Shown: positions 1-10,319 of the stretch, piece after piece
Layout: the number at the start of each line of letters is the position of its first letter
Position numbering within the stretch: position 1 is the stretch's first letter
From: an uncultured Verrucomicrobiota bacterium
Lineage (GTDB): Bacteria > Verrucomicrobiota > Verrucomicrobiia > CAZIPW01
DNA: 64,000 nucleotides
Assembly: GCA_964541675.1 (NCBI GenBank)
Contig: CAZIPW010000008.1
Coordinates: forward strand, 1,925-65,924
Direction: 5' to 3'
Made by a program: the position numbers and the translations under genes
The notes under the pieces: model-generated
Database searches by the model: none
What the model was told of the DNA's origin: nothing
Seen by the model: only the letters and a program-made list of their open reading frames with translations

Positions 1-448
1 CAAAGCCAAGATCATCACCAATACAGGAACGGCTCCGGCGGTTCAGGCGGCTGGCTTTACGCCCGTCATCCTGGACGACGGAGGGAGCTTGAAGGAGGGG
101 ACTGTTTTGTTGGAGGCTCTTGGAAAGACGCACGCTGTTATTTATCACGGGATGCCGCCCATGCCCAACACCGGATTCTTCATTGCCAATCGTCTCTTTT
201 ATCCGGGGGACGCTTTTACTGATCCCAAGAAGCCGGTGGAGATACTAGCCCTGCCCGCGGCCGGTCCGTGGATGAAGATCTCCGAGGCGGTCGACTACGC
301 GCTCAAGCTAAAGCCGAAGAAGTGCTTTCCGGTGCACGATGGCATTCTCAAAGTTCCCGGCATGATGGACAAAGTCTACCAGCGTTTCCTCGATCCGCAG
401 GGGATAAAATTCGAGAGGCTTGAGGATGGGAAAACGGGAGAATACTAG
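1..448 (+). CDS. Metallo-beta-lactamase-fold protein, C-terminal fragment (gene begins upstream of window)
   Basis: The reading frame is open from nt 2 through the stop at 448. The ATG at 89 listed by the track is internal. The translation ends ...KCFPVHDGILKV..., which is typical of the C-terminus of MBL-fold hydrolases. Confidence 0.45.
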   Translation, partial: KAKIITNTGTAPAVQAAGFTPVILDDGGSLKEGTVLLEALGKTHAVIYHGMPPMPNTGFFIANRLFYPGDAFTDPKKPVEILALPAAGPWMKISEAVDYALKLKPKKCFPVHDGILKVPGMMDKVYQRFLDPQGIKFERLEDGKTGEY

Positions 449-1002
449 CGGCGCGGTCCTTCATCCGTATCCATGCCCAATGCGCGTTTCCTAAACCGGA
501 TATACTCCTTGTCTTCGTACTTCATTCTGTTGACTATAAAATATTCCCCGACTTCCCTGGCTTTGGCGCGAACCCACTCCGCGTAGCAACCTTCTCTTAG
601 ACTTTCGGGAACTGTGGTCTCAAACTCCTGAAGTATCTTTTCGTATGGAACCTGATGAGCGACCAAATTAGAAAGAAATTCTGCCAAGCTGGCTGGTCTG
701 ATATTCTCCGGCATTATGAGCTGCGTGCCTGCCTGCAGGGCAAGTACAAAAAGCCATCTGTTGTTGATCTCTATTTGCCCGCTTCCGTCAGGGGCTTCCC
801 TGAGAGGAACTTCTTCTCCGGTGACATATTCGGCCAGTTGTATGACTCCCTGCACGGGGTATTCCCGCTGTGGGAAAAACGATCCATCAATTCTCATGGG
901 AGGCGTGTCAATCAGGGGCTTGTATCTGGCCAACGATATGACGCCCAGAATGTCTCCGAGATGAAAAGCGATGAGTTGTTTTGGATGGCTGAATTCCGAC
1001 AT
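445..1002 (-). CDS. Hypothetical protein (185 aa)
   Basis: Intact ORF convergent with the upstream fragment, overlapping it by 4 bp. No diagnostic motif recognised. Confidence 0.4.
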   Translation of the reverse strand: MSEFSHPKQLIAFHLGDILGVISLARYKPLIDTPPMRIDGSFFPQREYPVQGVIQLAEYVTGEEVPLREAPDGSGQIEINNRWLFVLALQAGTQLIMPENIRPASLAEFLSNLVAHQVPYEKILQEFETTVPESLREGCYAEWVRAKAREVGEYFIVNRMKYEDKEYIRFRKRALGMDTDEGPRR

Positions 1003-1125
1003 GGTAAAATATGCTTTGGCCGACCCTGACGAAGATTGTCAACTACAGGCAAAATATAAGCAATAATATTGTGCCATGTTATACGTGCCTACAACGCAAT
1101 TCCGTGCTAAAAGACGTAGCCAAAC

Positions 1126-2292
1126 CTATTCCGCTGTCACAGTCTTCATTTCCGGGACGGTCGGTGGGAGTGGGGCGAGGGGATGGATGATCGTGGCGCG
1201 GACTCCCGGCTTGTCGTCGGTTCGGTTGGCTATTATCAACTCGCCGCCCAGGCTGCGGATCAGATGCCTGGAAAGAGTCAGCCCCAGCCCGCGGCCGACA
1301 TCCGGTTTGGAGCTGATGAACGGATCGAAAATCTGGCTGGCGACGGTCGGGTCCAGCCCGCAGCCCTGGTCGAGCACATGAATCAAAATCACCTCGCGGC
1401 CATTGTCCGTGCCTATTTCGCCCACGACCTCGATGGGACGCAGGCTGGCGTCATCGGGATAACTCTCCCAGGCGTTGATGAGGAGCCGTCCCACGACATT
1501 CTCGAGCACCTCCTGGTTGGTGTGGAGTTTGGCGGAGTTGGTCGCGTCGCGCAGTTCCACGGGGGAGTCGATCTTGTACTCGGAGTGGAAGCGCGCCAGA
1601 CAGGCCGAAAGGAGGGGATGCAGCGGCTGCTCGCTTAAAGGCACCGCCTCATTGATGGAGATGGTCATGAGGGTCTTGACAATTTTGACCATCTTCTGGA
1701 TGGCCACGTCGATGAGCCCCACGCGCCTCAGCGAGTTCTCGGAAAGCGTCTTGTCGATTTTGAGAAGATCCAGATATCCGACCACGACCCCCATCAGATT
1801 GTTCAAATTGTGGGCAATACCCTCGGTGATGGCCCCGATCGCGGCGGCCTGCCTTGTTTCGGCGAGTTTTTGCTGCAGTTTGATGTTCTGGTCAAAGAGA
1901 TTCTTGACCTTGAGCTGCGTGTTGACGCGGGCGAGCGTCTCGTCGAGGTCTATTGGCTTGGTGATGTAGTCGACAGCTCCCGTGTTGAGCCCCTCGAGTT
2001 TGCCTTCCTTTGTATTTTTGGCGGTGATGAAAAGGACGGGAATCTGCTGCGTGCGGGCGTTGGCTTTGAGGCGTTTGCAGGCTTCCACGCCGTCCATCTC
2101 TGGCATCATGACATCAAGCAGGATCAGGTCGGGGAGGGTGCCCTCACAGAGCTGTAGGCACTGCAGACCGTTGAACGCCACCATTACCTCAAACCCTTCG
2201 CGCTCCAATTTGCGCTGCAAGAGCATGATGTTGGCTGGCTGGTCGTCAACGATCAAGATCTTGGCGGGAGGTAGCTGCATCCTAGAACTCAA
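1126..2292 (-). CDS. Hybrid response regulator / histidine kinase (N-terminal receiver, HisKA, HATPase_c)
   Basis: Receiver motifs ILIVDDQ...DLILLDVMMPEMDG...KP. Downstream H-box (ITEGIAHNLNN) and G-box (GRGLGLTLSRHL). Confidence 0.8.
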   Translation of the reverse strand: MSSRMQLPPAKILIVDDQPANIMLLQRKLEREGFEVMVAFNGLQCLQLCEGTLPDLILLDVMMPEMDGVEACKRLKANARTQQIPVLFITAKNTKEGKLEGLNTGAVDYITKPIDLDETLARVNTQLKVKNLFDQNIKLQQKLAETRQAAAIGAITEGIAHNLNNLMGVVVGYLDLLKIDKTLSENSLRRVGLIDVAIQKMVKIVKTLMTISINEAVPLSEQPLHPLLSACLARFHSEYKIDSPVELRDATNSAKLHTNQEVLENVVGRLLINAWESYPDDASLRPIEVVGEIGTDNGREVILIHVLDQGCGLDPTVASQIFDPFISSKPDVGRGLGLTLSRHLIRSLGGELIIANRTDDKPGVRATIIHPLAPLPPTVPEMKTVTAE

Positions 2293-2413
2293 GAGTTTAT
2301 GAAAATGAAAAGGTTTGTCGAGAGTTCTTTTTCTGGGTTTGCGAAAGTATCAGTTTCATGGATGGAGGGCATAAGGAGCAGGCCGGGTAATGGACGAATG
2401 GGCAGCCAAGAGA

Positions 2414-4381
2414 TTACTTCCCGGCGTCGATTGCGATAAGCGCGGAGGACTCGTGTTCCCATTTGGCGGTCAGCTCGGTCAATTGATCGGTGACAAAAGA
2501 GAGTTCCCTGTTTAGCTTCATTACCAAGCCGGAGGTCTCGTAAGTTTCCTTCAGCTCCATTTGGGTTGTGATCTCCTTCTGGCGGGTTTCCAAAAGCTGA
2601 ATTTCTTTTTCCAACAGCGTTACAATATGCTGCTGGGCTTTTCGTTTACGGGAACGTTCCTGGCGCTCTTCGGCCTCCAGACGCTTTTGCTCGGGGCTTT
2701 TTGCGAAGCTCTTTTTCTCGCCCCGAACACGGTCGGGGTTGGACTCCCTCGGGATGGCGCTATTGCCATTTGCCACAGCGTCTGCGCCATAGGTGGCTGC
2801 GAACTTCTCCAGATAATAATCGTAGTTGCCCGCGTATTGGGTCAGCTCTCCGTCGGCCACGCGCAGGACCTGTTTGCCGATCTTGCGAATGAAATAGACG
2901 TCGTGGCTGATAAAGGTGATCGTGCCCTCGTACTGCTCAAGGGCGCCTACAAGTGCGTCGATGCTGGCAATGTCCAGGTGCGTGGTCGGCTCATCCATGA
3001 AGAGCACGTTGGGGGGATTAAGTAGCAGCTTGACGAGTGCCAGACGGCTCTTTTCCCCTCCGCTTAGGACCTTTACCTTTTTGAACACCGCGTCTCCCCC
3101 GAAAAGGAAGCTGCCCAGAAGAGTGCGCACAAACTCCTCGGTCACGCCCTGCTCGGTATCCATGCCCTCTTGAAAGACGGTTCGCTCTGGGTTGAGCATC
3201 TCCACTCGGTGCTGGGAGTAGTAGCCCAGCTTGACGTTGCTACCCAAGACGCGCTCGCCCGACTGCATGGGCAAGATTCCCGCCATGATTTTAAGTAGTG
3301 TCGACTTGCCCGCGCCATTGGGCCCCACCAGTACCAGGCGCTGTCCGCGTTCCAGTTCCAGATTTGCGCTTTTGTAGATTTGAGTGACTCCATCATAGGA
3401 GTAGCGCAGATCCTTTAGTGATATGACTTTTAGTCCGCTGCGGGCAGGCTGGGGAAACTTGAATTTGATCTTTTTGTCTGCGCTGACGGGCTCTGGGATG
3501 CGTTCGATCTTCTCGATCTGCTTGAGTCGGCTTTGCGCCTGGGCGGCCTTGGCGGCGTTGTAGCGGAAACGGTTGACGAAATCCATCATGTGAGAAATCT
3601 CGCGCTGCTGGTTTTGATAGGCGGCCAGCATCTGCGCCTCGTTGGCTTCGCGCTGGACCAGATAGTCGTCGTAGTTGCCGTGGTAGCGGATCAGTTTGGT
3701 CTGGCGGATCTCCAGGATGCCATCGACCAGTTGATTGAGAAAATTGCGGTCGTGCGAGATCATGAGGATGCTGCCGTCGTAGGTCTTAAGTTTGTTTTGG
3801 AACCACTCAAGAGATTCCAAATCCAGATGGTTGGTCGGCTCGTCAAGGAGGAGTAGCTCCGGCTCCTGCACCAGAAGACGCGCCAGATGCGCCCGCATTA
3901 CCCAGCCGCCGCTCATCTCGCGGAGCGGTCGATTGAAATCCTTTTCTCGAAAGCTCAGTCCCGAAAGAATTTTTTTGGACTTGGGCTCGAGCTGGTATCC
4001 TCCCAGCTCGTCATAGCGCGCGTGGATCGTGTCGTAATCACTCTCGACGTTGTCGTGAGAGGTATTCCCCGTTTCCCAGGCGGCCATCTGCTTTTGTAGG
4101 GCTGCTACCTCGGGAGTGATGGCCATTGCCAGCTCAAGCACAGTCTCGTTCCCTACGGGGGCGCTCTCCTGCGGAAGATGTCCTACGGTGATATTTTTAC
4201 TGAAGGTAATGGTGCCTGAATCGGCGTCCTCTTCCTGAAGGATCAGCGAGAAAAGGGTTGATTTGCCGGCGCCGTTTGCTCCCACGAGCCCCACGCGTTG
4301 TCCGCGCGCGATGTGGCACGAAACACCTTCAAAAAGGGTCTGTGGGCCATAAGCCTTGCTGATATCCTGTAAAGTGAGCAT
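2414..4381 (-). CDS. ABC-F family ATPase (two tandem ABC domains, no TMD; Uup/EttA/YheS-like)
   Basis: Two Walker A sites (GANGAGKST, GPNGAGKST) and two signature motifs (LSGGEKSRL, MSGGWVMRA) with a coiled-coil linker. The track start at 4405 is a TTG. The ATG at 4381 (MLTLQDISKAYG) fits ABC-F N-termini. Confidence 0.85.
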   Translation of the reverse strand: MLTLQDISKAYGPQTLFEGVSCHIARGQRVGLVGANGAGKSTLFSLILQEEDADSGTITFSKNITVGHLPQESAPVGNETVLELAMAITPEVAALQKQMAAWETGNTSHDNVESDYDTIHARYDELGGYQLEPKSKKILSGLSFREKDFNRPLREMSGGWVMRAHLARLLVQEPELLLLDEPTNHLDLESLEWFQNKLKTYDGSILMISHDRNFLNQLVDGILEIRQTKLIRYHGNYDDYLVQREANEAQMLAAYQNQQREISHMMDFVNRFRYNAAKAAQAQSRLKQIEKIERIPEPVSADKKIKFKFPQPARSGLKVISLKDLRYSYDGVTQIYKSANLELERGQRLVLVGPNGAGKSTLLKIMAGILPMQSGERVLGSNVKLGYYSQHRVEMLNPERTVFQEGMDTEQGVTEEFVRTLLGSFLFGGDAVFKKVKVLSGGEKSRLALVKLLLNPPNVLFMDEPTTHLDIASIDALVGALEQYEGTITFISHDVYFIRKIGKQVLRVADGELTQYAGNYDYYLEKFAATYGADAVANGNSAIPRESNPDRVRGEKKSFAKSPEQKRLEAEERQERSRKRKAQQHIVTLLEKEIQLLETRQKEITTQMELKETYETSGLVMKLNRELSFVTDQLTELTAKWEHESSALIAIDAGK

Positions 4382-4481
4382 CGGACACTTTAGCAGAAAA
4401 CACAAGGAATAGCGAGAAGGAAGGAATAATTTCTCCCGCCTTGTCTTGCCACCGATTCTTCATTTTGAGAGAATCGGGGGA

Positions 4482-6875
4482 ATGACTTTGCCGAGCTCAG
4501 TTCTCCAAATCGATTTTGAAAAGACCCTTAATTCCGAGCAGCTTGCCGCCGTGACGAGCCCTTTTGGGCCTGCCCTAGTACTGGCGGGCGCGGGATCGGG
4601 GAAGACCCGCACGCTGACCTATCGCGTGGCGTACCTTCTTTCGCAGGGAGTTGCCCCGTGGCAGATTATGCTGCTGACCTTTACCAACAAGGCCGCCCAT
4701 GAGATGCTGGAGCGGGTATCCGCTCTTACGGGAGTGGATTCAAAATCCTTCTGGGGGGGCACCTTTCACCACATAGGACAAAAGCTTCTGCGCAAATACG
4801 GCGAGCTGATCAAAATTGCCCCGACCTTTACAATCATGGACCAGTCGGAGGCGGAGAGTCTCCTCAATGAGGCGGTGAAGGCCGCCGCGGGCGCGGGGTT
4901 CCTGCGCGACAAGAACAATCCCAAGATCCCGCTTATCGCCGGCATCCTCTCGCTCAAACGCAACACCATGAAGAGCGCGGGGGACGTGATCATGGAAAAA
5001 TACGCCTACCTCGAAGACAAGATCGACGCGCTGAATAAATTTGATACGCACTACACGGCGCTCAAGCGCAGCCGGAACCTGTGCGACTACGACGATCTGT
5101 TGGAGCTGCCCCATGAGATGCTGAAAGCCAATCCGGCGCTATCGCGAGAGCTTTCCGAGAAGTTTCAGCACGTGCTGGTAGATGAGTATCAGGACACCAA
5201 CGCCATACAGTCGGCGCTTATTGATATGCTAGCTCCCCATCACAGGATCATGGCGGTGGGAGATGACGCGCAGTGCATCTATACCTGGCGCGGCGCTCAG
5301 GTGGAGAACATCCTCTCCTTTCCCGACAGGCATCCGGGAACGAATGTGTACAAGATAGAACTCAACTATCGTTCGGTGCCGCCGATTCTGGACGCTGCCA
5401 ATTCGGTCTTTGTGGGCACCGGACAGAAGTTTGAAAAGAATCTGCGCGCGGCGCGAGCCGGTTCGGCCAAACCGCAGATTGTTCCCGTTACTGACGGTCG
5501 CGCGCAGGCGCAGTGGATCGTGCGAAAGGTCCAGTCACTGCGCTCGGAAGGACGTTCGCTCGGGGAGATGGCGATTCTTTACCGCGCGCATTTCCACGCG
5601 ATGGAGCTGCAACTGGAGCTCACGAGAATTGGAATTCCTTTCGCCATCACAAGCGGGATGCGTTTCTTCGAACAGGCCCATGTGAAGGATCTGGTGAGCC
5701 AATTGCGCTTTGTTTTTAATCCCAGGGATTCGGCAGCTTTCTGCCGGGTGGCGTGTCTGCTGCCCAAAGTGGGGGAGGTGACCTCGCTCAAGCTGTATGG
5801 GGATATAATGGCGCTGTATAATAAACCAATTACTTCAGGGGTTTCACAAGACAATATGGGGTTTGGGGGCGAAGCCCCCATAAATAATATCCCCTCCCAG
5901 AGGGAGGGGTCAGGGGTGGGCCTGTCCGACAATGGCCACGGATTAAGATCCGAGGCTAAGATGCCTTCGGTCGCTGACGCGACGTTATCTACCGCAGGAG
6001 ACAAAGGAACGGGAGTTTTATCCTTGGGAGATGCCATGAAACACCCAACTGTTCTGGCTAGAGTAGGGGAATCAAGAAAGGAAGAATGGCTGGGACTCTC
6101 CGAGACTATCGCAGAGCTAGAGAAGGCGCTGAAGGAGAATGAAATGCCCTCGCAGATCACCAATCGCGCAATCGAGGGCTGGTACAGCGGGTACATCCGC
6201 ACGATCTATCCCAACTGGGACTCGCGTTTGGAGGATCTGCAATCTCTGGAATCCTTCGCAAACCGCTTCGACAGCTTTGCCGAATACCTGTCGCAACTGG
6301 TGCTCCTGAATTCCGAGGCCAGCGAGAAGTCCGCCGAGGCTCCGGAGGACGCTCTGCGGCTTTCGACGGTTCATCAGGCCAAAGGTCTGGAGTGGCCCGT
6401 TGTTTTTGTGATAGGGCTCTCTGAGGGGATGTTCCCGTCGCGGCGGGCGCTTGAGGAGAACGCGATAGACGAGGAAAGGCGGCTCTTTTACGTGGCGCTG
6501 ACACGTGCCCAGGACGAACTCTATTTGAGCTATCCGCTTTTGAATATGGCCTCGCATTCGGGCGTCTATCAACAGCTGCCCTCGCGTTTCCTTGAAAAAC
6601 TTCCGCAGGACTGTTTCGATCTGGTCAAGACGGCGGGAAACACCACTCAGACCTCCTGGCGTACTGGTCGGAGCGGCTCTGGCTGGAGCGATTGGAAGCA
6701 CGAAGACGCCTCGCGGAATCAGAAGAAATACGAACAGGGTTCCCCATCGAAGGCCACGCGCGGTAGCCAGGGGATCTCTTTCAGTAAGACGGAGGGAACT
6801 TTTGACGGCGCGGCCTTTGAGAAGCAGTTTGATTCAAAAACCCGGTCAAACGCCAAGAAGCTTTTCAAGTGGTAG
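4482..6875 (+). CDS. UvrD/PcrA/Rep-family ATP-dependent DNA helicase with internal low-complexity insertion and extended C-terminal tail
   Basis: Motif I AGAGSGKTRTL and motif II DEYQDTN, and a C-terminal ...ALTRAQDELYLSY. The track start at 4446 is TTG. The ATG at 4482 is preceded by GGGGGA. Confidence 0.85.
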   Translation: MTLPSSVLQIDFEKTLNSEQLAAVTSPFGPALVLAGAGSGKTRTLTYRVAYLLSQGVAPWQIMLLTFTNKAAHEMLERVSALTGVDSKSFWGGTFHHIGQKLLRKYGELIKIAPTFTIMDQSEAESLLNEAVKAAAGAGFLRDKNNPKIPLIAGILSLKRNTMKSAGDVIMEKYAYLEDKIDALNKFDTHYTALKRSRNLCDYDDLLELPHEMLKANPALSRELSEKFQHVLVDEYQDTNAIQSALIDMLAPHHRIMAVGDDAQCIYTWRGAQVENILSFPDRHPGTNVYKIELNYRSVPPILDAANSVFVGTGQKFEKNLRAARAGSAKPQIVPVTDGRAQAQWIVRKVQSLRSEGRSLGEMAILYRAHFHAMELQLELTRIGIPFAITSGMRFFEQAHVKDLVSQLRFVFNPRDSAAFCRVACLLPKVGEVTSLKLYGDIMALYNKPITSGVSQDNMGFGGEAPINNIPSQREGSGVGLSDNGHGLRSEAKMPSVADATLSTAGDKGTGVLSLGDAMKHPTVLARVGESRKEEWLGLSETIAELEKALKENEMPSQITNRAIEGWYSGYIRTIYPNWDSRLEDLQSLESFANRFDSFAEYLSQLVLLNSEASEKSAEAPEDALRLSTVHQAKGLEWPVVFVIGLSEGMFPSRRALEENAIDEERRLFYVALTRAQDELYLSYPLLNMASHSGVYQQLPSRFLEKLPQDCFDLVKTAGNTTQTSWRTGRSGSGWSDWKHEDASRNQKKYEQGSPSKATRGSQGISFSKTEGTFDGAAFEKQFDSKTRSNAKKLFKW

Positions 6876-6992
6876 GGCTCAGGAAGAGAAAGTTTAAATT
6901 GGCTAATCACCTGTATTGAAATAATTTATATCTCATAAATAACCGCCTATTTTCCTTGAGGACGCCGTCGGTGTGAGATATATTCGGAGTCC

Positions 6993-7568
6993 GTGCAGGC
7001 GAAACATCATCTTGGAATAAAGACGTCCATAACTGCAAGGGCAGCGAATGGGCAGGGAATCAAGACGGGACTAGAAAGCGAGCACTCTTCGCAGCAGGGA
7101 TCCAATGGTCGGTCTTTGCCTGCTCCCGTTTCATCCCAGCCAAGTTCCGGCTCTTCAAAATGGGAAGAGAAATCCTGGTCGGAAAGAGAGGGTCTTGATA
7201 TGGTCTGGCCGGACCCGCCAAAGCCCCCTGTTGGGGAGAAGCAAGCGGTAAGGGGTGAATCGGATGCTGTGTTCAAGTCAGGCGTGCGCCATAAAGGGCT
7301 GCCCAAGCATCTACTTGATGCCAATAAACAGGCCGATGCTCTAATGTGTGACGTGGAGGCACAAAGAAACGCAAGTTTTCAAGAAGAGAGAAGACGAGAA
7401 AAGGGGCGAAGCCGAAGGGATAGACTCATAAGACTTTTCGGAGAGACCGATGAAGATGAACCCACTCCCCGGTCGTTCTGGAAGGCTCAAAAGGCTGCAA
7501 AAAGCCTGCGATCTCACAGACAGGGGCGCGGCCAAAGGGGGCCTGAAAAGGAAGCGGAATTCGCTTAG
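6993..7568 (+). CDS. Hypothetical low-complexity basic protein (191 aa)
   Basis: ORF only. Composition is Ser/Gly/Arg/Lys rich. Coding status uncertain. Confidence 0.3.
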   Translation: MQAKHHLGIKTSITARAANGQGIKTGLESEHSSQQGSNGRSLPAPVSSQPSSGSSKWEEKSWSEREGLDMVWPDPPKPPVGEKQAVRGESDAVFKSGVRHKGLPKHLLDANKQADALMCDVEAQRNASFQEERRREKGRSRRDRLIRLFGETDEDEPTPRSFWKAQKAAKSLRSHRQGRGQRGPEKEAEFA

Positions 7569-7580
7569 GCAGTCCCGAAA

Positions 7581-9794
7581 TTACACCGGCCTCTGGTGAT
7601 ACGCCATGATCAATGCTTCCTTCAGCTCGGCCACTTGAATCGGCTTGCGGACGAAGCTGTTCATGCCTGCTGCCATGCACCTGTCGCGGTCTTCATTCAT
7701 GGCATATGCGGTCACAGCGACGACTGGAATTTTGCTTTTGGCCTCTCCGCATTCGCCCATGCGCAGCCTTTGCGTCATGGCGATCCCGTCAAGCCGGGGC
7801 ATCTGCAGATCGGCCAGCACAAGATCGTACTGGCCTTCGTTTATTCGCTTGAGGGCCTCCAGCCCGTCAAAGGCCACGGTGACGGAGCTGTAGCCGAGCT
7901 TGTCGAGCAGCTTCATGGCCAGCTTCTGGTTCATCGGATCGTCCTCGGCCAGGAGTATCCGCATGGGGAACCTCTGCCCGAAGGTGGCATCAAAATCGCC
8001 AGTGATGATGGGAGGAGTGGTGGCACGATTCTGGGCGTGCGGTGTGGCGGAGATCTCGGCGGGGCAGAGCACCTGGAGCGTAAAGAGGAAGACGGTTCCT
8101 TTGCCGACGGCGCTTTCCACCCAGATTTTTCCTCCCATGTTTTCGACCAGCCTCTTGGCGATAGCCAGCCCCAAGCCGGTGCCACCGTATTGGCGGGTTG
8201 TGGAGCTATCCGCCTGACTGAAGGCTTTGAAGAGTCTTGAAACCTTGTCGGGCTCAATACCGATTCCGGTATCGCGCACGCCGAAGCGCAGAAAGACGCG
8301 GTTGTCGTCCCTGGTGTGCGTCACTTCCACCCGCACCGATCCCTGGGGAGTGAATTTAACCGCGTTGTTCACCAGATTCAAGAGTATCTGTTTGATGCGG
8401 TGCGGATCTCCCAAAAGCTGATGTGGGAGCCCCTTGCTGATGGAGTAGTCCAGCGCCACGCCTTTTTCCTTTGCCTTGATGGAACAGGTTTCGAGCGTTT
8501 CGATGATGACCTGCTCCAGCGAGAAGCTGATCACCTCCAGTTCAATCTCCTTGGATTCGATCTTGGAAAAATCAAGAATGTTGTTGATCAGATCCAGGAG
8601 CGTCCGTCCGCTGCGTTCTATGAAGCCAATCTGCTCCTTTTGCTCGGCGTTGGTAAAGGAGGCTCTCAGCAACTGGCTGTAGCCCAGTATTGCGTTCATG
8701 GGTGTGCGCAATTCGTGGCTTATGACCGCCAGGAATTCGCTCTTGGCACGGTTGGCCTTCTCGGCTTCCAACTGGGTCATCTGCAGCTGCTTTTGCGTTT
8801 CCTGCATACGCACCCAGCCACCGATGGTTTCCGTCATGGACTGCAGAATGCGGACTTCATCGGTTTCCCACTTGCGGTGGGGGCGGTGAAACTCAATTCC
8901 CAGAATGCCCCAGAGCATACGGTCGCGATAGACCGGCAGCATCAGGATCCACTGCGTATCGGAAACCCGCAGGGTGTGCCGGAATTTCTCGGGGAGTTCT
9001 TCGAGCTTGAAGTATTTGTAACCCGCCTTGAGTATACTCTGTAGCCAACCGGGGAAGAGATCCTCGTATTCGATCTGCTCCAGTTTCGGATTTTGCATCT
9101 GGCTGGGCACTCCCTCCGCGCACCATTCCCTCTGCAGACTCAGTACCTGATAGTAGGGGGTCTGATAGTGCTCAAGAATGTACACGCGTTCGGCTTTGGT
9201 GGCCTCTCCGATGATCTTAAGAGACTCGTCCAGAGCCTTTGGGTTGGACTGCAGCTGTGGTTTGTCGGATTTTCCCAGAAGCGATGATGATCCCGATGAG
9301 GCGTCTCCCATCAGGCTGATGCGCGCGTTGAGAACCCCTTCCAGAAGCTCGTTGCGCATCCACAGGCTCGCCTCGTGAAGCTTTCTTTCGGTGGCGTCGA
9401 AGGCCAGCCACAAGACCCTCTCCTCCCTGCCGCGCATGGCCCGGGGTATCGGGATGATCTGCGCGCGAAAGTAATATGTGTTTTCGCCCTCCCCCAAGTG
9501 ATACTCGTAGACAACGCGATGCGCGAGAGCCAGAGCCTCGCGCATGGCCTGTGCGCCTTTAAGTCCCTGGTCGGCTCCCAGTATGTCACGCAGGTAGTGG
9601 CCTATCATGGAATCCGGAATGGGATGACTTGCGTTGCTTTTGATGATGCCGGCAATCTTGCCTTCCAGATCAAGGATAAACACGATATCGGCGAGCTGGT
9701 AGTACAGCTCCTTGTCGTGTTCCCATCTCTCCTTTTTATTTTGCCAGGGCCAGTGCATCTTGTGGCGCGGTGCGCGTAAACACTGCGTCATCAA
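7581..9794 (-). CDS. Hybrid sensor histidine kinase with N-terminal PAS/GAF region, HisKA, HATPase_c and C-terminal receiver
   Basis: H-box AVISHELRTPMNAILGYSQLL. G-boxes GGTGLGLAI. C-terminal receiver ILLAEDDPMNQ...DLVLADLQMPRLDG. Confidence 0.85.
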   Translation of the reverse strand: MMTQCLRAPRHKMHWPWQNKKERWEHDKELYYQLADIVFILDLEGKIAGIIKSNASHPIPDSMIGHYLRDILGADQGLKGAQAMREALALAHRVVYEYHLGEGENTYYFRAQIIPIPRAMRGREERVLWLAFDATERKLHEASLWMRNELLEGVLNARISLMGDASSGSSSLLGKSDKPQLQSNPKALDESLKIIGEATKAERVYILEHYQTPYYQVLSLQREWCAEGVPSQMQNPKLEQIEYEDLFPGWLQSILKAGYKYFKLEELPEKFRHTLRVSDTQWILMLPVYRDRMLWGILGIEFHRPHRKWETDEVRILQSMTETIGGWVRMQETQKQLQMTQLEAEKANRAKSEFLAVISHELRTPMNAILGYSQLLRASFTNAEQKEQIGFIERSGRTLLDLINNILDFSKIESKEIELEVISFSLEQVIIETLETCSIKAKEKGVALDYSISKGLPHQLLGDPHRIKQILLNLVNNAVKFTPQGSVRVEVTHTRDDNRVFLRFGVRDTGIGIEPDKVSRLFKAFSQADSSTTRQYGGTGLGLAIAKRLVENMGGKIWVESAVGKGTVFLFTLQVLCPAEISATPHAQNRATTPPIITGDFDATFGQRFPMRILLAEDDPMNQKLAMKLLDKLGYSSVTVAFDGLEALKRINEGQYDLVLADLQMPRLDGIAMTQRLRMGECGEAKSKIPVVAVTAYAMNEDRDRCMAAGMNSFVRKPIQVAELKEALIMAYHQRPV

Positions 9795-9876
9795 CTCCTA
9801 CGGCATTTTGGGGAGGAAGGGTTAGAGAGGTGTTTTTGGGGTTGTGTTCCTTCCAGGTAATCCTAGCATTTTCTCC

Positions 9877-10167
9877 ATGCCAGTTTATCTTTATGAGGTC
9901 ATCAAAACAGGGGAGATCATTGAAATCGAGCATCCCATCAGCGACGCGGAGGTGACGCGGCATCCTGAGACGGGAGATTCCCTCCGGCGGATCTACACGG
10001 CCCCGCATATTGGCGGCAAATTCAGCGAGGGATCCACCAAAAATCTGCTTTCGGACAATAATCTGGCAAAAACAGGCTTCACCAAATATGTCCGTGACCC
10101 GGTGACGCGGCGTTACAACCGCACTGTAGGGACCCAGGGACCTAGCCAGCTTAGGCCGCACGGGTAA
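9877..10167 (+). CDS. FmdB-family zinc-ribbon-like small protein lacking all four Cys ligands
   Basis: MPVYLYEVIKTGEIIEIEHPISDAEVTRHPETGDSLRRIYTAP aligns to the FmdB consensus MPIYEYRCxxCGxxFE...CPxCGG.LRR..SAP, with Cys replaced by V/T/H/T. Confidence 0.45.
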   Translation: MPVYLYEVIKTGEIIEIEHPISDAEVTRHPETGDSLRRIYTAPHIGGKFSEGSTKNLLSDNNLAKTGFTKYVRDPVTRRYNRTVGTQGPSQLRPHG

Positions 10168-10319
10168 ACAAGAACCCCGCCCTTATCGGCCTGTGTTATG
10201 GCAGGCAAAACGGGCGGGGTTGGCTGTTATGTGGTTAGCCGGGACATTTTCGTTGGGCGTGGGGCGCGGGAACTTCCCTCGCGGCCGTCGGCCTTCCGAC
10301 AATGCCCCCAAAGTTGGGG

